DNA of 64,000 bases from Geosiphon pyriformis uo1 (taxonomy: Eukaryota; Fungi; Glomeromycota). Under the pieces are notes generated by a model that searched no databases, was not told the DNA's origin, and was given only the letters and a program-made list of their open reading frames with translations. Below, in pieces: positions 26,256 through 38,719 of this stretch. The stretch's first letter is position 1; every line of letters begins with the position of its first letter. The stretch is taken from positions 772,513-836,512 of the forward strand of contig JAAOMT010000786.1 of NCBI GenBank assembly GCA_016748015.1, in the 5' to 3' direction. The translations under genes and the position numbers were made by a program.

Positions 26256-26961
26256 CAATCCCACAACTCCGGCAGTTGCACACTTTGGACCTTCCGATTA
26301 TTTCGATATTCCCACATTGATTAAAAGTCTCGGATGTGTAAGCTTCCCTAATTCCTCCGCCTTAATGATCAGACGTTGTCAAAAGCATTCGCCGAAAATT
26401 TTTTCGTGTAATCTTTCTTGTGTTGCGGTTCACCATGTCCGATACTTCAAGAGGAGGAATAAAAATGGCATCGAATTTGCGGGTAAAAAATATAACTGAT
26501 TTCCGGGGAATTTCACTTTTTCGGATGTATAACTTTTTCCCCGCATCCGAAAAATTGCCTCATCGAGTCACCCGGCCATTTTATTCTTACATTTTGAGGA
26601 GGAAATTATTAACTTATCCTTTTGGGAGATGAGATCGTACAAGTACTTGGAAATACGAACTATACATCCAATAGAATGTTCGCCAATCTTGCCTACCCCT
26701 TTCATGGGAGAGCATGATAGAGAGATGAAAACGACGCTCGGGGGATTTTCCTCCGGGCATTGCTTGATGGGAGCCTTGGTCCTACAGTGTTCATGCGGGA
26801 TGTATTATATTCCATCCGGCAAAAGAAAAACGATATAGTAATTTTAATCAAAATCATAACCATAATCATAATCATCTTATCTTTCAAATCATGTATTTAA
26901 TTAATCTACAAATTATCACAAATAAAATATTAAATTTTCAAATGTCAATTTAAAAGTCCCC

Positions 26962-29512
26962 ATGGCTTTTATATGGGAACCATTTATAAAATTATCTCAA
27001 CGGTCACGTCAAGTCTTGCCAGTCGGTAAAGGACTTAGTCGTCTCAATGTAAACTTTCGTTCTCAAAGATTTGCCTCGTTATCAAACCTCAAAACGCTTG
27101 ATTCAAAGCAAAATCTTATTGAAAAAATCGTACAAAAATATGCAGTCAGCCTTCCAGCCGGACACAAGGTCAAGAGTGGTGAGTTTGTGACAATTCGACC
27201 AGAACACGTAATGACTCACGACAATACAGCGGCTGTTATGAAAAAGTAAGACCACCCCACCTACTACAGTGACTACAGGTTATGCAGATTTGAATTTTAT
27301 GAGCCTTCGCTTGGGCGATTTTTTCCGTTTGCAGATTCCAGAGTATCGGTGTGGAAAAATTTAAGTTTTCTCATCAAGCTGTATTTACTCTTGATCATGA
27401 TGTACAAAATAAATCGGAAAAGGTTTGTATATATTTATACGTTTTCGCTTGTTTTATATCATTCTGACAAATTAGAAATCTTAATTTTTTTAGAATCTTA
27501 TAAAGTATTCTTCAATCGAGGAATTCGCCAAAAAACATGGTGTAGATTTTTATCCGGCTGGTAGAGGAATTGGACATCAGATTCTAATAGAGGAAGGATA
27601 TGCTTTTCCATATACTTTAACAGTCGCCTCGGATTCTCATTCAAATATGTATGGTGGTATCGGCTGTCTTGGTACTCCGATAGTTCGTACCGATGCGGCA
27701 GCTCTTTGGGCAACAGGTCGAATTTGGTGGCAGATTCCTCCGGTGGTTAAAGTTGAGTTCAAGGGACAAATTCCGCTTGGAGTATCTGGCAAAGATATAA
27801 TCATCACCTTGTGTGGACTTTTTAATAAAGATGAAGTTTTGAATTGTGCAATAGAGTTCACGGGCGATGATGCGATCCGTTCGCTCACTTTAGATGACCG
27901 ATTGACTATTTCCAATATGACTACTGAATGGGGTGCTTTGGCTGGGGTATTTCCTGTTGACGAGGTTACTATCAAATGGCTTAGAAAAAGGGTTGAAATA
28001 TTAGACATGAAAAGATTTGAAAATCCTAATTTAAAGAATATTAGTGATCCGTTCAAACATCCTCGTATCAATCGTGAAAGGATTGATTTGATTGAACAAG
28101 AACCTATTAGTGCATCTCCAAACGCTTATTATGCGAAACATTTAACTTTGGATCTTTCAAGTGTATCACCACATATCTCTGGTCCCAATTCTGTCAAAAT
28201 TTCGACACCACTCTCACAACTTGAAAAGCAAAATATTTCAATTAATAAAGCCTATCTTCTTTCATGCACCAATTCGCGTGCAAGTGATTTACACGTTGCA
28301 GCTGAAATAATTAAAGGAAAAAAAGTAGCCGATGGGGTTGAATTCTATGTTGCCGCCGCTAGTAGCGAAGTCCAAAAAGATGCCGAAGCTAACGGTGATT
28401 GGGAAACCTTGGTAAATGCTGGGGCTAAAGTCTTGCCAGCCGGATGTGGCCCTTGTATTGGTGAGGAGGGCAATCACGGTGAAATATTCTATTAACTTCC
28501 CACTAAGTGTTAAAAAATTATCAATAGGTCTAGGGGTCGGTTTATTAGAAGATGGGGAGGTGGGTATTTCCGCCACGAACAGAAACTATAAAGGTCGGAT
28601 GGGATCTCCAAAAGCTTTGGCATATTTAGCCTCACCAGGTATTTTTCATCTGCTTATTAAGACGTATTTATCAGGAAAAATAATTAAAAGCAAAATTAAT
28701 CCTTAAAACAGTCGTAGTGGCAGCATCTGCTATAGCTGGAAAAATCACAAGTCCCAATTTTCTTGGATCTTCATCGTTTCCCACTTTCGAGAATTCGTTC
28801 GAGCAGAAAAGCTCTATTTCTATAAATCTTAAAGAGCAATTCTCGGACGATTCCTTGATTCCTTTAGACCAGTCATCACTGCCAAACTTTCCAGAATCAA
28901 TAAAAGGTGAATTGTTATTTTGTCATGGAGATAATTTGAACACTGATGCCATCTATCCCGGCAAATATACCTATCTTGATGATTTATCGTTGGAATATAT
29001 GGCAAATGTTGCAATGGAGAACTATGATCCCGAATTTCAAAAAGTTGTACGACCGGTAAGAAAAGAATGTCAATAGAATGGAAGAAAAGGTTAATTGGTG
29101 GGGTTTTTTTTGACAATTTAAATCATTTGATATTTCTCAGGGGGATATCCTTGTTGGCGGATTCAATTTCGGTACTGGATCTTCACGGGAGCAAGCCGCC
29201 ACCGCGATCAAAGCCCGAGGAATTAAATTAGTGATTGTCGGTTCCTTATCAGAAATTTTTAAACGCAATTCCATAAATAATGCATTATTACTGTTAGAGG
29301 CACCTCAACTTGTAAATGATTTGAAAAAACATTTTGGAACTCGAGCTCTTAGTCAACGAACTAATTGGTTGGCCGAAGTATTTTTGACCCAAGGAACAAT
29401 TTCTATTAATCAAGGAGAGAAGATATACAAAGTAGGCGCCTTGGGAAATAGCGTACAAGAATTATGGGTAGCAGGTGGCCTTGAGAGCTGGATTAAGCAA
29501 AATGTACAATAA
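26962..29512 (+). CDS. LYS4: Homoaconitase, mitochondrial (alpha-aminoadipate lysine pathway); 6 exons
   Basis: Exons 26962-27245, 27335-27422, 27494-28460, 28528-28638, 28712-29055 and 29141-29512. [89 protein letters not shown] and [10 protein letters not shown]. Confidence 0.95.
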
Positions 29513-29779
29513 GCATGATTCGCTAAATTCAAATTTCAGTCTAACACTTATGCAACAGATAATTTATTTTATGACAAATGAAATTCATTACTTGTTGCCC
29601 AACGTTCAGGAATTAATTTGATTCTTTTAATTTCATTTCTTTACTCAATTATGAAGTTGCTCAAGTATTTTGACTATGATTGATGATACTATATTATCCT
29701 ACTATTGTTTTGATTCGATGTATGAATCAATTACCACTAATAGATTGATGAATCCCAGGTTCGTGATATAATTTGTCGA

Positions 29780-32700
29780 CTAGTTCTGATTTGCCAAGGC
29801 CGTTAGAAGCCAGGCATCCCACTTAGACTTTCGTCGCATTTTGTCCTGATCGAGTTTAGTCTGTGAGACGGGAGGATTTAGGCGTATGAAGCTATCCTCG
29901 GTATTGTTGACAAAAAAGACATGATAAGAATTGATGCGAATCTTAATTTCAAGATCATTTCGATAGATGTACTTGTGACTTTTAGTTTGATGTTGAGTAA
30001 GATCCAAAGATGGCATGTTGTCGTCCTTTGAGAGGATATTTCTCACAAGAAATGGTGTTTTACTCTTCCAAGGCAAGCCTTGCGTGGGATGCACATTCAT
30101 ATAGCTGTACACGTAAAATGCCCATGTTTCTTCGGATGATACGGCGTTACCAAATGAACCATCTCTACCTGATAACGAAATGGTCATTGTCTTTTCTCCT
30201 TTGTGATAGTCAATCCTATAAGTATGGTCTTCAGACCCGATGATAGTATTTGCTTGTAGTTGATACATTATTCTAGCCCGAACTTTGGAAGGTTCGCTTT
30301 GGTGTTGGAGATTTTCTTCAAATAATCGCAAGAGAACTCCAGCCTTGTGATCATTTACAATGCTTTGCATCTGCTTCACAGTTTGCATTGCAATCTTGTC
30401 AACTGTAAACATCACGTAGGCTTTGATCCCATAAATTTGACGAAGGCGGTCTTCAAATTCGGTCGAGTCATATTCCTCCTCGATGAACTTATCAATGAGT
30501 TCTGATAGAACAATATAAGGTTCACCGACTGAATCTGGATCAACGTCAGGCTCACGAAGCCCAAGTTGAACTGCAACCGGAACAGGGGCGGTGTGGTTAG
30601 GTGAAGCCGACCTGGGAGGTGGGGCAATTTTCATCTGCTCAAACCTCATAAAAAGGACCTGTATGTACCGAAACAAACAATAAAATTGGCTATTCCCAAA
30701 AAAACAAGTAAAAGTGTTTCTTGGCTTTCCAATTCCGGCTTTTGATACAACCGCCTTAAGATCTTCGCGGGATTTTTGCGCGATTTGAATCCAGTTATAT
30801 TCTAAGGGTGCGGCTATTTGTTGTGACTCTTCAGAAGAACCGACATTTGCTCCTTCTTCTTTGTCAAGCAGCATATCAGTGTCTTCCAAAAACCCATCAA
30901 AGAATGTAGAAGAAAGGTCGAAATATTTGATGATGAAAGATTTAAGAAATGGCTTAATTTTTGCTCGATCAACTGGAGCAACAGTAGGTGCGTGATCCAA
31001 AGATGTAAAGAGGACATGAGCTACATCTTTAAAAACTTCAAGATCATTGAAAGTGTATTTTAGTTGATGTGAGAATTCCTCGTCTTCCATTTGCTCACGT
31101 TGAAGAGCCTCAATCTCAGATATCATGTTTTTATTGTTCCATGTCTTCTTGTCATCGGCCTTAAAAGTGATACCTCTGTGATCAAGGGATTTATGATAAT
31201 TATTCGCGTCAACTTCTCGCCAGATTTTGTTCCATTGACGCTGGGCTCGCCTGAATTCTTCATCCTTTTGTTTTAATCGTTTTAAAACAACTGGAATGGC
31301 CATAGCGCTGTTCGAATGAATGGCTTCGAGAACTTCGTCACTGAGGTCACCATATATTTTTTTGATAACACGTTGGTAAGTTAAAGACTTGCCCCCAAGC
31401 CCAGGACCCAGTCGATACTTTGCCTTTTCTTCCGGAGTCATTTTTGCGATCTTTAGTGCAATAGGTTCTAGCATAGCGATTGTGTACAAATTTGTTTGGA
31501 TAAACTGATCATATTCATATCGTTCGTCTTCGGTTTTAAACATAGCCTCCTCGTACTGATTTTTTTTATGTGATTGAAAACCACCATCTTCACTAGCCCA
31601 CGTGGGATAAGAAACCCATTCGTCATTCAAGACTTCATGGCATAGTTGATCTTTTCCAGAACATGGCATATGCGACTCACGATATGCATCTGGGAGTTGC
31701 CGATAACTAGGCCCATAAGCTTTACATTCTTTGAGATTCAAGTTTGGACGATCGACAGGTGTATTTATGACAATTTCATCACCCTTATCATACTTGATAA
31801 ATTGTTTAAACCTTTGAAATAATTCATTATTCTTTCCAAGGCAAACTCGCATCGAATCCACAACATGATCGTCATCCAAAATACGACATGTATATAGGTG
31901 AATGATTTTGAGGAAGTCAGTGAACTCACTTTTGTCACCTAAATACTGCTTAACCTTTTCGAAGAATAAAATTTCTTCATCAGAAACTTGTCGTCTGAGA
32001 GGTTGCTTGGATTCGTCTTCCAAAGAAGGATCTTGGGAAGGTTTATGCTGATGTTTCGTCTTCTTTGTCTTTCCCGGAGATCCAGAGATGCCGTTCCTAC
32101 CTATACCTGAAACGGGCCTCTTCTTTTTACTTTGACCTGAAGGTGAAGAACTCATTCCTGCTGTGGAACCCGAGCCAACACCCGTTGAACTGTCTATCAA
32201 AGGTTTTTTGTATCCGTCGTTTTTATTGGGTGCTGATTGAGAAGGCGGGAAATTACCCACTGGTGGTAATCGAGCTCCAACACTTGAAATGGCCGGAATC
32301 AAATGATGTGTTTTAATTCCAGTCCCATGGGCTTGGGCAAGCAATGAACCCACAGGAAAGTTCCCCGAAGTATCAGGAAGAAATTGCTTGAACTCGTCCA
32401 AAAGATCGGGTGCGCTTTTGAACAAATCTTGAACCTGAGAGTAGACCTCCTGAATAGGTTTTTGCTCTTTTTGATAGGTTTGTAATATTTCTAGGAATTG
32501 TTTATAGGTCTCAGGTTCCGTTGAGAATCGGTTCTTAATTTTATTCACATAATTAATTGCATGATTGAACTCGACAGGTGCTCGTTTTCCCTGTTGCTGC
32601 TGTTGCTGATTATGAGTATTGGCAGTAATTCCAATTCCAATATTTGATTGAGAACCCGACATGAAGTGGGTAACCGCTTGCTGAGTAATCTGAGACGTTG

Positions 32701-33166
32701 GTGGATGCGGCTGCAGTGTCTGCATCATTGTCGGAGGTGGAGTAACTTGAGAATAGCTAGGTGGAGCAGGATAATACCCAGACGCCGTAGAGCCGGTTGA
32801 ACCGCCGGTCGTCGTTGTCGCAGGTTGATGCCCATCCCCAGTTGCACCTCCAGTTGAAGTGCTAAGGGTCCCAGATGGAGTGGTCACACGGATAGTACTA
32901 GAGTTTGGCTCGTGCGGGTTTGTAGAGCACTCGATATGATAACCAGGAGGTAAAAAGGTATTAAAACCTTGTATTAAGGATGGATGACCCTGGAAAAGTG
33001 ATGATACTCGTTCTATTACTCCAGGTGTGTCGATAGTTTGACTTTTGAAATCTTTCATGATATCCAGAAAGCGATTATATACTTCTGGCTGATCTGAGAA
33101 TTGGACTTTAACCTGGTCGAGATACGATAAGGCGTCTTTAACGTTAAGTGGTCTATATCCAGCCAT
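29780..33166 (-). CDS. SIN3: Sin3 transcriptional corepressor (PAH1-3, HID, Sin3 C-terminal domain), single exon, 1128 aa
   Basis: PAH1 LNVKDALSYLDQVK..FLDIMKDFKSQ..GFNTFLP; PAH2 VEFNHAINYVNKIK..EFKQFLP; HID GPSYR.LP...CSG.D.LC.EVLNDEWVS.PTWASED..F..HKKNQYEE; SLDHRGITFK; AYVMFTVDK. Confidence 0.96.
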   Translation of the reverse strand: MAGYRPLNVKDALSYLDQVKVQFSDQPEVYNRFLDIMKDFKSQTIDTPGVIERVSSLFQGHPSLIQGFNTFLPPGYHIECSTNPHEPNSSTIRVTTPSGTLSTSTGGATGDGHQPATTTTGGSTGSTASGYYPAPPSYSQVTPPPTMMQTLQPHPPTSQITQQAVTHFMSGSQSNIGIGITANTHNQQQQQQGKRAPVEFNHAINYVNKIKNRFSTEPETYKQFLEILQTYQKEQKPIQEVYSQVQDLFKSAPDLLDEFKQFLPDTSGNFPVGSLLAQAHGTGIKTHHLIPAISSVGARLPPVGNFPPSQSAPNKNDGYKKPLIDSSTGVGSGSTAGMSSSPSGQSKKKRPVSGIGRNGISGSPGKTKKTKHQHKPSQDPSLEDESKQPLRRQVSDEEILFFEKVKQYLGDKSEFTDFLKIIHLYTCRILDDDHVVDSMRVCLGKNNELFQRFKQFIKYDKGDEIVINTPVDRPNLNLKECKAYGPSYRQLPDAYRESHMPCSGKDQLCHEVLNDEWVSYPTWASEDGGFQSHKKNQYEEAMFKTEDERYEYDQFIQTNLYTIAMLEPIALKIAKMTPEEKAKYRLGPGLGGKSLTYQRVIKKIYGDLSDEVLEAIHSNSAMAIPVVLKRLKQKDEEFRRAQRQWNKIWREVDANNYHKSLDHRGITFKADDKKTWNNKNMISEIEALQREQMEDEEFSHQLKYTFNDLEVFKDVAHVLFTSLDHAPTVAPVDRAKIKPFLKSFIIKYFDLSSTFFDGFLEDTDMLLDKEEGANVGSSEESQQIAAPLEYNWIQIAQKSREDLKAVVSKAGIGKPRNTFTCFFGNSQFYCLFRYIQVLFMRFEQMKIAPPPRSASPNHTAPVPVAVQLGLREPDVDPDSVGEPYIVLSELIDKFIEEEYDSTEFEDRLRQIYGIKAYVMFTVDKIAMQTVKQMQSIVNDHKAGVLLRLFEENLQHQSEPSKVRARIMYQLQANTIIGSEDHTYRIDYHKGEKTMTISLSGRDGSFGNAVSSEETWAFYVYSYMNVHPTQGLPWKSKTPFLVRNILSKDDNMPSLDLTQHQTKSHKYIYRNDLEIKIRINSYHVFFVNNTEDSFIRLNPPVSQTKLDQDKMRRKSKWDAWLLTALANQN

Positions 33167-34189
33167 AGCTTTACCTCAGTTAAATGAATTCTTAGACGTA
33201 AAAGAGCAAAGCTCCTTAACACCGACAATGATAAAAAAAGCTATTTCCTCTTTTCTAAAGATTAAAGCTGTAAAGTTGAAATGGCAACAAATGAACTAAC
33301 AACAAACTTGTTAAATGAGGCTTTACCACATAACGCAAGCACAAATAGAGATCAATAGTTCTGGAACCTACTGTCTGTAATGTAGTTGATCACTGGATTA
33401 TCATTTAGTGTTATGTACAAATCAAAAATGGTGAAGTAAAAAGAATCTCGAAATTTTGTTTTAATAATTATAAGATATTTAAATAAAGATAAAGATGATA
33501 TGATTAATTAATTAATAATAATTATAGTTCTTCATTTTTTCAATTTTTTTTAATTGCTTTAACAAAGTGAGGATCTAAAATTAAACGTGACCAGCCGTTA
33601 AGGCAACACTACGCACCATTAAACATATCCATATTTATTAATTATAACTATTATTATATGAAAAAATAGTTTAATTATAATAATTTAAAACATTATTATT
33701 TTGTTTATAAATAAATCACATATAGTTTATAAATTTTTGGTATTATAAACATGATAATTTTTTTGTAAGAAATCAAAATATCTTATGTTTGTAATAATAA
33801 AAATGCTTTTAATAAATTATTTTTTAATTATTAATGTAAAAGATACTATAAAAAATTCAAACTGTCAGTTTTTTAAGCTTTTTAATAAAGAAATCAATCA
33901 AATTTTTTATTCCGTTTATTAATTTTTAATTATGAATTTTTTGAAAAAGCTAATTACAATTACAAATTTATTAAAATTAATAAACAGCTTATTATATAGC
34001 TAAATTGATTTATATAATAATAAACAATATTAACTATTATTAGTTAACATAATTTATTATTTAATTAGTACTTTAAAAAACAGTTTTATTTATTAAAATA
34101 CAAAAAAAAAATTTTAAATGCTTATTTAGCTGTATGTTTTAAGTATTTACCAATTTTATTTTATTCTAATACTATTATTATTATATTAT

Positions 34190-36460
34190 ATATTTAAGCT
34201 AAAAACTCTTTGTTTTCTTAATTTTATGATCATAACTAGAGCAAAAAGTAAAAAAGCTGTATCTAATATTTTTTCTGAGATATCCAATAAAATTTCAACC
34301 AGAAAAGTTTTCTCTGTTGTAGAAGCAACAGACAGAACATTTTAGAAGCCTTTTTTTTACCTAATAATTATAAAAAGCTGTTTTTGGTAGTTATTAAAAC
34401 AACTTCTTTATCTTTGGCTGGTCTTTTACTAGTCAAAATTCTCTCAAAGAGACACACTTAGATTAGTTTTAGTGTTGTCTCTACTTCTTCAAAGAGCCCA
34501 AAAATTTTTAATAATAGACCAGTTAACAAGCTGGTCTTCTCTTCCATAACTGCTACACCAGATGCTATTAGCACTTCTTCTTCAAAAAAAAATAATTAAA
34601 AAAACCAAAAGTTCAGAAAAGTAAAAGCAGTTGCTTGTTTCTGCTATTGTTATACTGAACCCCTTTGTGATTTCCAATAAGATCTTAGGTAAGATTTCTA
34701 TAATATCATCCAGCATATTATTTAAGATAAGCCAAGATCAATCACTAAATGTGTTGTCAAATATGGTGTTTTTTGGCAGATTATTACCAGTTTTAGAAGC
34801 AAATTAACTATTTCTTATGATGTTACTTGTTTTTGAAAACTGGGCTGACTAAATAGAAACTGAATTATCTCCTTCTCTGGTTTCTGGTGCTGCCACTAAT
34901 AATTCTTGAAAAATCATTATTAGTTATCAAAAATTTACTAAGTGGATGACTTTTATTCTAATGTCTGGTGCTATTTTTAAGATCAAATTGGCTTATATTA
35001 AAGCTGTTTTCCAGTTTGTACATGGTTTTCTAAATGTAAAATTAGTATTAAAGAACAATATAAAGCTCTTTTATATGAAATTTGTTTCTTAAGTGTCTTT
35101 GAAAGCTGTATTTTTGGTTAAGCTTACAAGTTTTGTTTGCTTAACCACTCTTAAAATTGCCAAGTCTTTGGTGGTTTTTGAGTCCAGTCCCTTTTTTGCT
35201 GCTATTATATTGCATAATATGTCTTTAAGTATGTTTGCTGCTAATATTAAAACAGTTTTTGGTGTTTTTGATAATATTATTCATATTGTACTAAAGTCTG
35301 CTGGTATTTGGCAATATATGATTGTTTATTTTGAAAAGTTGGACTTTGCTGTATCTATTTTAGATCATTGGTTAGTTTTGGTGAGCAAGAATAATGTTAG
35401 AATTTTTTTTTTAATAAATTAGAATAAGACTATTCTGTCTTGAAATAGATTTAAGACCAAACTAGTTAACCTTTCTTCTGGCTGTATTGCTTTTAAAATC
35501 AATAATATGATTTCTTAGTTTAGTAATCAGACATGTTTTATTCTTTGCTTTTCTGATTTTGGTTATTATTTCTGATTGCTTTGGTTATTTTTGGTTCTCA
35601 GGTTGATTTAGATGCTGCAGTTTTTAAGACTAGTATGTTAAAAAAATTCTGTATCTGATAGAAAATTCCTGGAAATTGGTGTTATTTTTAATGTCAAGAT
35701 TCAGATTATTTGGCTTTGGATTATAAAATGTTTTTGTCTTTTTTTTTTAAGACTTCCAAAGTGTTTACCTCTTGTATTGTTGATAACAAATTCTATGTTA
35801 AAGCTGCTGCTTTTGTGCTTCCTTCAGTTTTTAGTCCTTTAACTGGTTCAGTTTTTTTATTAATATAGTATCTAATAACTCTATGGTTATTTTTTGGTTA
35901 ATCTCTTTAGAATTGGAGTTGGCCAAACTTTTTAATCTGGTTAATTCTATTGTTAAGCCTGTTGATTCCATGGTAAAAGTGTTTGAACAATTTATTAATA
36001 AAAACTTGGTTTTGAATAGTGCTTTTGGTTTTAGGATTAATAAAGTTTTGGTACACATGGATTTTTTTAGCAAAACTGTTGGTAAGCTGAAACATAAGAT
36101 TGTTGCTTTGAAACTAAGTATAACTATGCAGATATTAATATGTCTGGCTTTTATATAAGTTTGTTTTCTATTGACAATAATATGTTTTCTAATTTGATAT
36201 TACTTTGGGAACATAAATCTGTTGCTGTTAAGTTTGATGCCTTAAAAACAACTGAGTAGTTGGTTGAATTAGTTAATAATAGTGCTATATTATTTGAAAT
36301 TGTTTAGAAAATGTCTTCTTTGAATAAGTTTTTTTCCAAAGTATTAATGTAGTATACATATAGAAAATACATAAACTATATTTAGTACTAAGACATCTAA
36401 TTCCTAAATAGTAATTGGGCTATACTTGTTAAATCCTAATAATAATAATAATAATAATAA
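34190..36460 (+). mobile_element. Decayed ORF1-only LINE-like element, copy B, ending in a (TAA)n tail
   Basis: Starts MIITRAKSKKA at 34226. RRM-like IKTVFGVFDNIIHIVLKSAGIWQYMIVYF. Homologous to 7900-10153 through to the (TAA)n tail at about 36437-36460. Confidence 0.65.
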
Positions 36461-38719
36461 ATTATTATTGTTATTATTAATATTAACTGTAATTGTATAT
36501 TTTTTTATAATAAAAGCCATAATAAATTTTGTTTTTTTATAAAAAAATACTATTATTAATAATAAAATTTAATAAAATAATTTAACAATTATTTAAATTT
36601 TATATAATTATTTAATAAAACTTAAAAAAAGATATTATATATATAATTAATATTTTTATTAATATTTAAGTTGTATTTATAATAACAAAAAAACTTTTTT
36701 TCTTTAAGTTTTTAGTTTATTTATATAATTATAGATCTTGTTTATATATGTTTTTAAAATCATAAATATTTGTTTTTTATATTTTTTGGTCTTTAATAAA
36801 AGTTTTTTTTTAATTTTTAAATATACTTATATTATTATTTTTTGAATGTTTTTAAAATTAATTTTTTTTTTGGAGTTTTTTTATTTGGTTTACATTAAAA
36901 ATAAGATAATATTATTATTAAATATTTATATAAATTATAAAATAATTTTTTTGTAAATTTTATTTACAAAATTGCAAATTTATTAATATATTTATAATCA
37001 TATATATTATATTAAATTATATTTTTTTACAAAAATCTAAACTATAAAAAATTAAACAATTAAGTACAAAACAAATATAAACAAATTTTTAATTATTATT
37101 ATCACCAATTTTGCTATAATTATTAAAACAGCAAATTGTAAATTAATTATAATATCTTATTTTTAATATTTTGTTTTTAATATTTTATTTTTATTATTAA
37201 CTTATTAAATTTGAAAGATATAAATATTTGAATTTAAAAAGCAAATTTTTACTTAGTTTTTATTATTATTAGAAGATAACTTTTTTTTTATAAATTTATA
37301 TGAATATTTATTGTTAAAATAATTAGTTATATATTAATTTATTATTATAATATATTTGTTTTTTTAAACTAATTATTAATTTTTTTTAATGTTTAAATAA
37401 AATAAAAAATATATATTAATATTTTTTTATAATAAATAAATTTTTTATTTTTAAAATAATGGTTTAAAATTTTTGTTTTTGTTTTTAAAACTGTAGTAAT
37501 TATAATAATTGTTAAAAGTCAAACTTATAGTTATTTTGTTGTTCTTTTTATTTTTACTTGCAATTTTTTTTGCTTAAAATCTTAATATTAAAGATTAAAT
37601 ATTTGTTTTTAGGATTTTTGTAATTATTGGCCAAATTTATAGTTATTTTATTATTTACTTTACTATTTTTTAATTTTTTGTTTTTATTTTTTTTGTTTTT
37701 ATATCTAAAACCAAATTAATTATTAAAAAATTGTTTTTGTAAATAAAATATATATTTATAAAACAGCAAATTATTTTTATAGCTTTATTTTTAATTTATA
37801 ATTATCTATTATAATTGTTTTTATAAATAAAATTAAAAATAATATTAAGCAAATTATTTAAGTTTTTATGTCTTAATATTTAATAATAATAAACTTTTAA
37901 GCTTGAATAATCTTTTTTATAGTTTTATTAAAAATATTAACAAGTATTTTTTTTATATTAAATTATATTATTGTAATATAATTTTTTAATAAATTTTAAA
38001 AATACTTATAATTTTTGTTTTTTTTGTTTAAAATATAATTTTTTATTATTATATGATATACAATTTTATAATAATAAACATAGTATAAAATTAATATTTT
38101 TAATATATATAACATATTTAAAATCTTTATTTTTTTTTAATATATTATTTTATTGTTATTTTATATTTAAATATACATAAATTTTTAAATTTTTTGTTAT
38201 TATTTCTACTTTTTGCTTTTTTTAAATATAAAAAAAAAGATTTATTTTAGTTTTGTGTTTTTATTGTTTTTTATTGCTTATTTTTTCTTTTTTATTATTA
38301 ACAATTAAAATTTGTAATAATATTTTCAATTAATTATTGATATAAAATTAGATATAAAATTATTTTATATATATATTATAATAATTTTTGTATTATTAAA
38401 ATAGCAATAATAAAGTTAGTATTAGTAAATAATTATAACTTAAATATCAAAATAATAAATATAAGTTTTTATTTTTAAGCAATAAAAAATAAAAAAACAC
38501 ATTTTTTAAATTAAGTTACAATATAAATATATTAATAAAGTTTTATTTGTAATATTAGTAAAAACAAAAATTTTTAATATTGTTATTGTTAAAAAAATAA
38601 TAAATTATATAATAATAAATTATAAAATATATAAAAATTTAATAATAATAATTAGATTGTATATTTATACAATTATATAATAATATTAATAATTAATTAA
38701 AAAAAACTTTTTTTTTGTT

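Noticed and set aside
26629-26838. LGG...C...CSCG as the Fanzor zinc finger/RuvC-III
   Set aside because: No E.YTSK.C or DRD.N.A.NI motif; similarity too weak to call.
28639-28711. LYS4 intron 4 as U12-type (TCCTTAAA near the acceptor)
   Set aside because: Donor GTATTTTT departs from the consensus and the motif is too close to the 3' splice site.
30010-32316. Antisense or alternate-frame ORFs inside SIN3 (likewise in LYS4 and MSH2)
   Set aside because: Shadow ORFs of real coding sequence.
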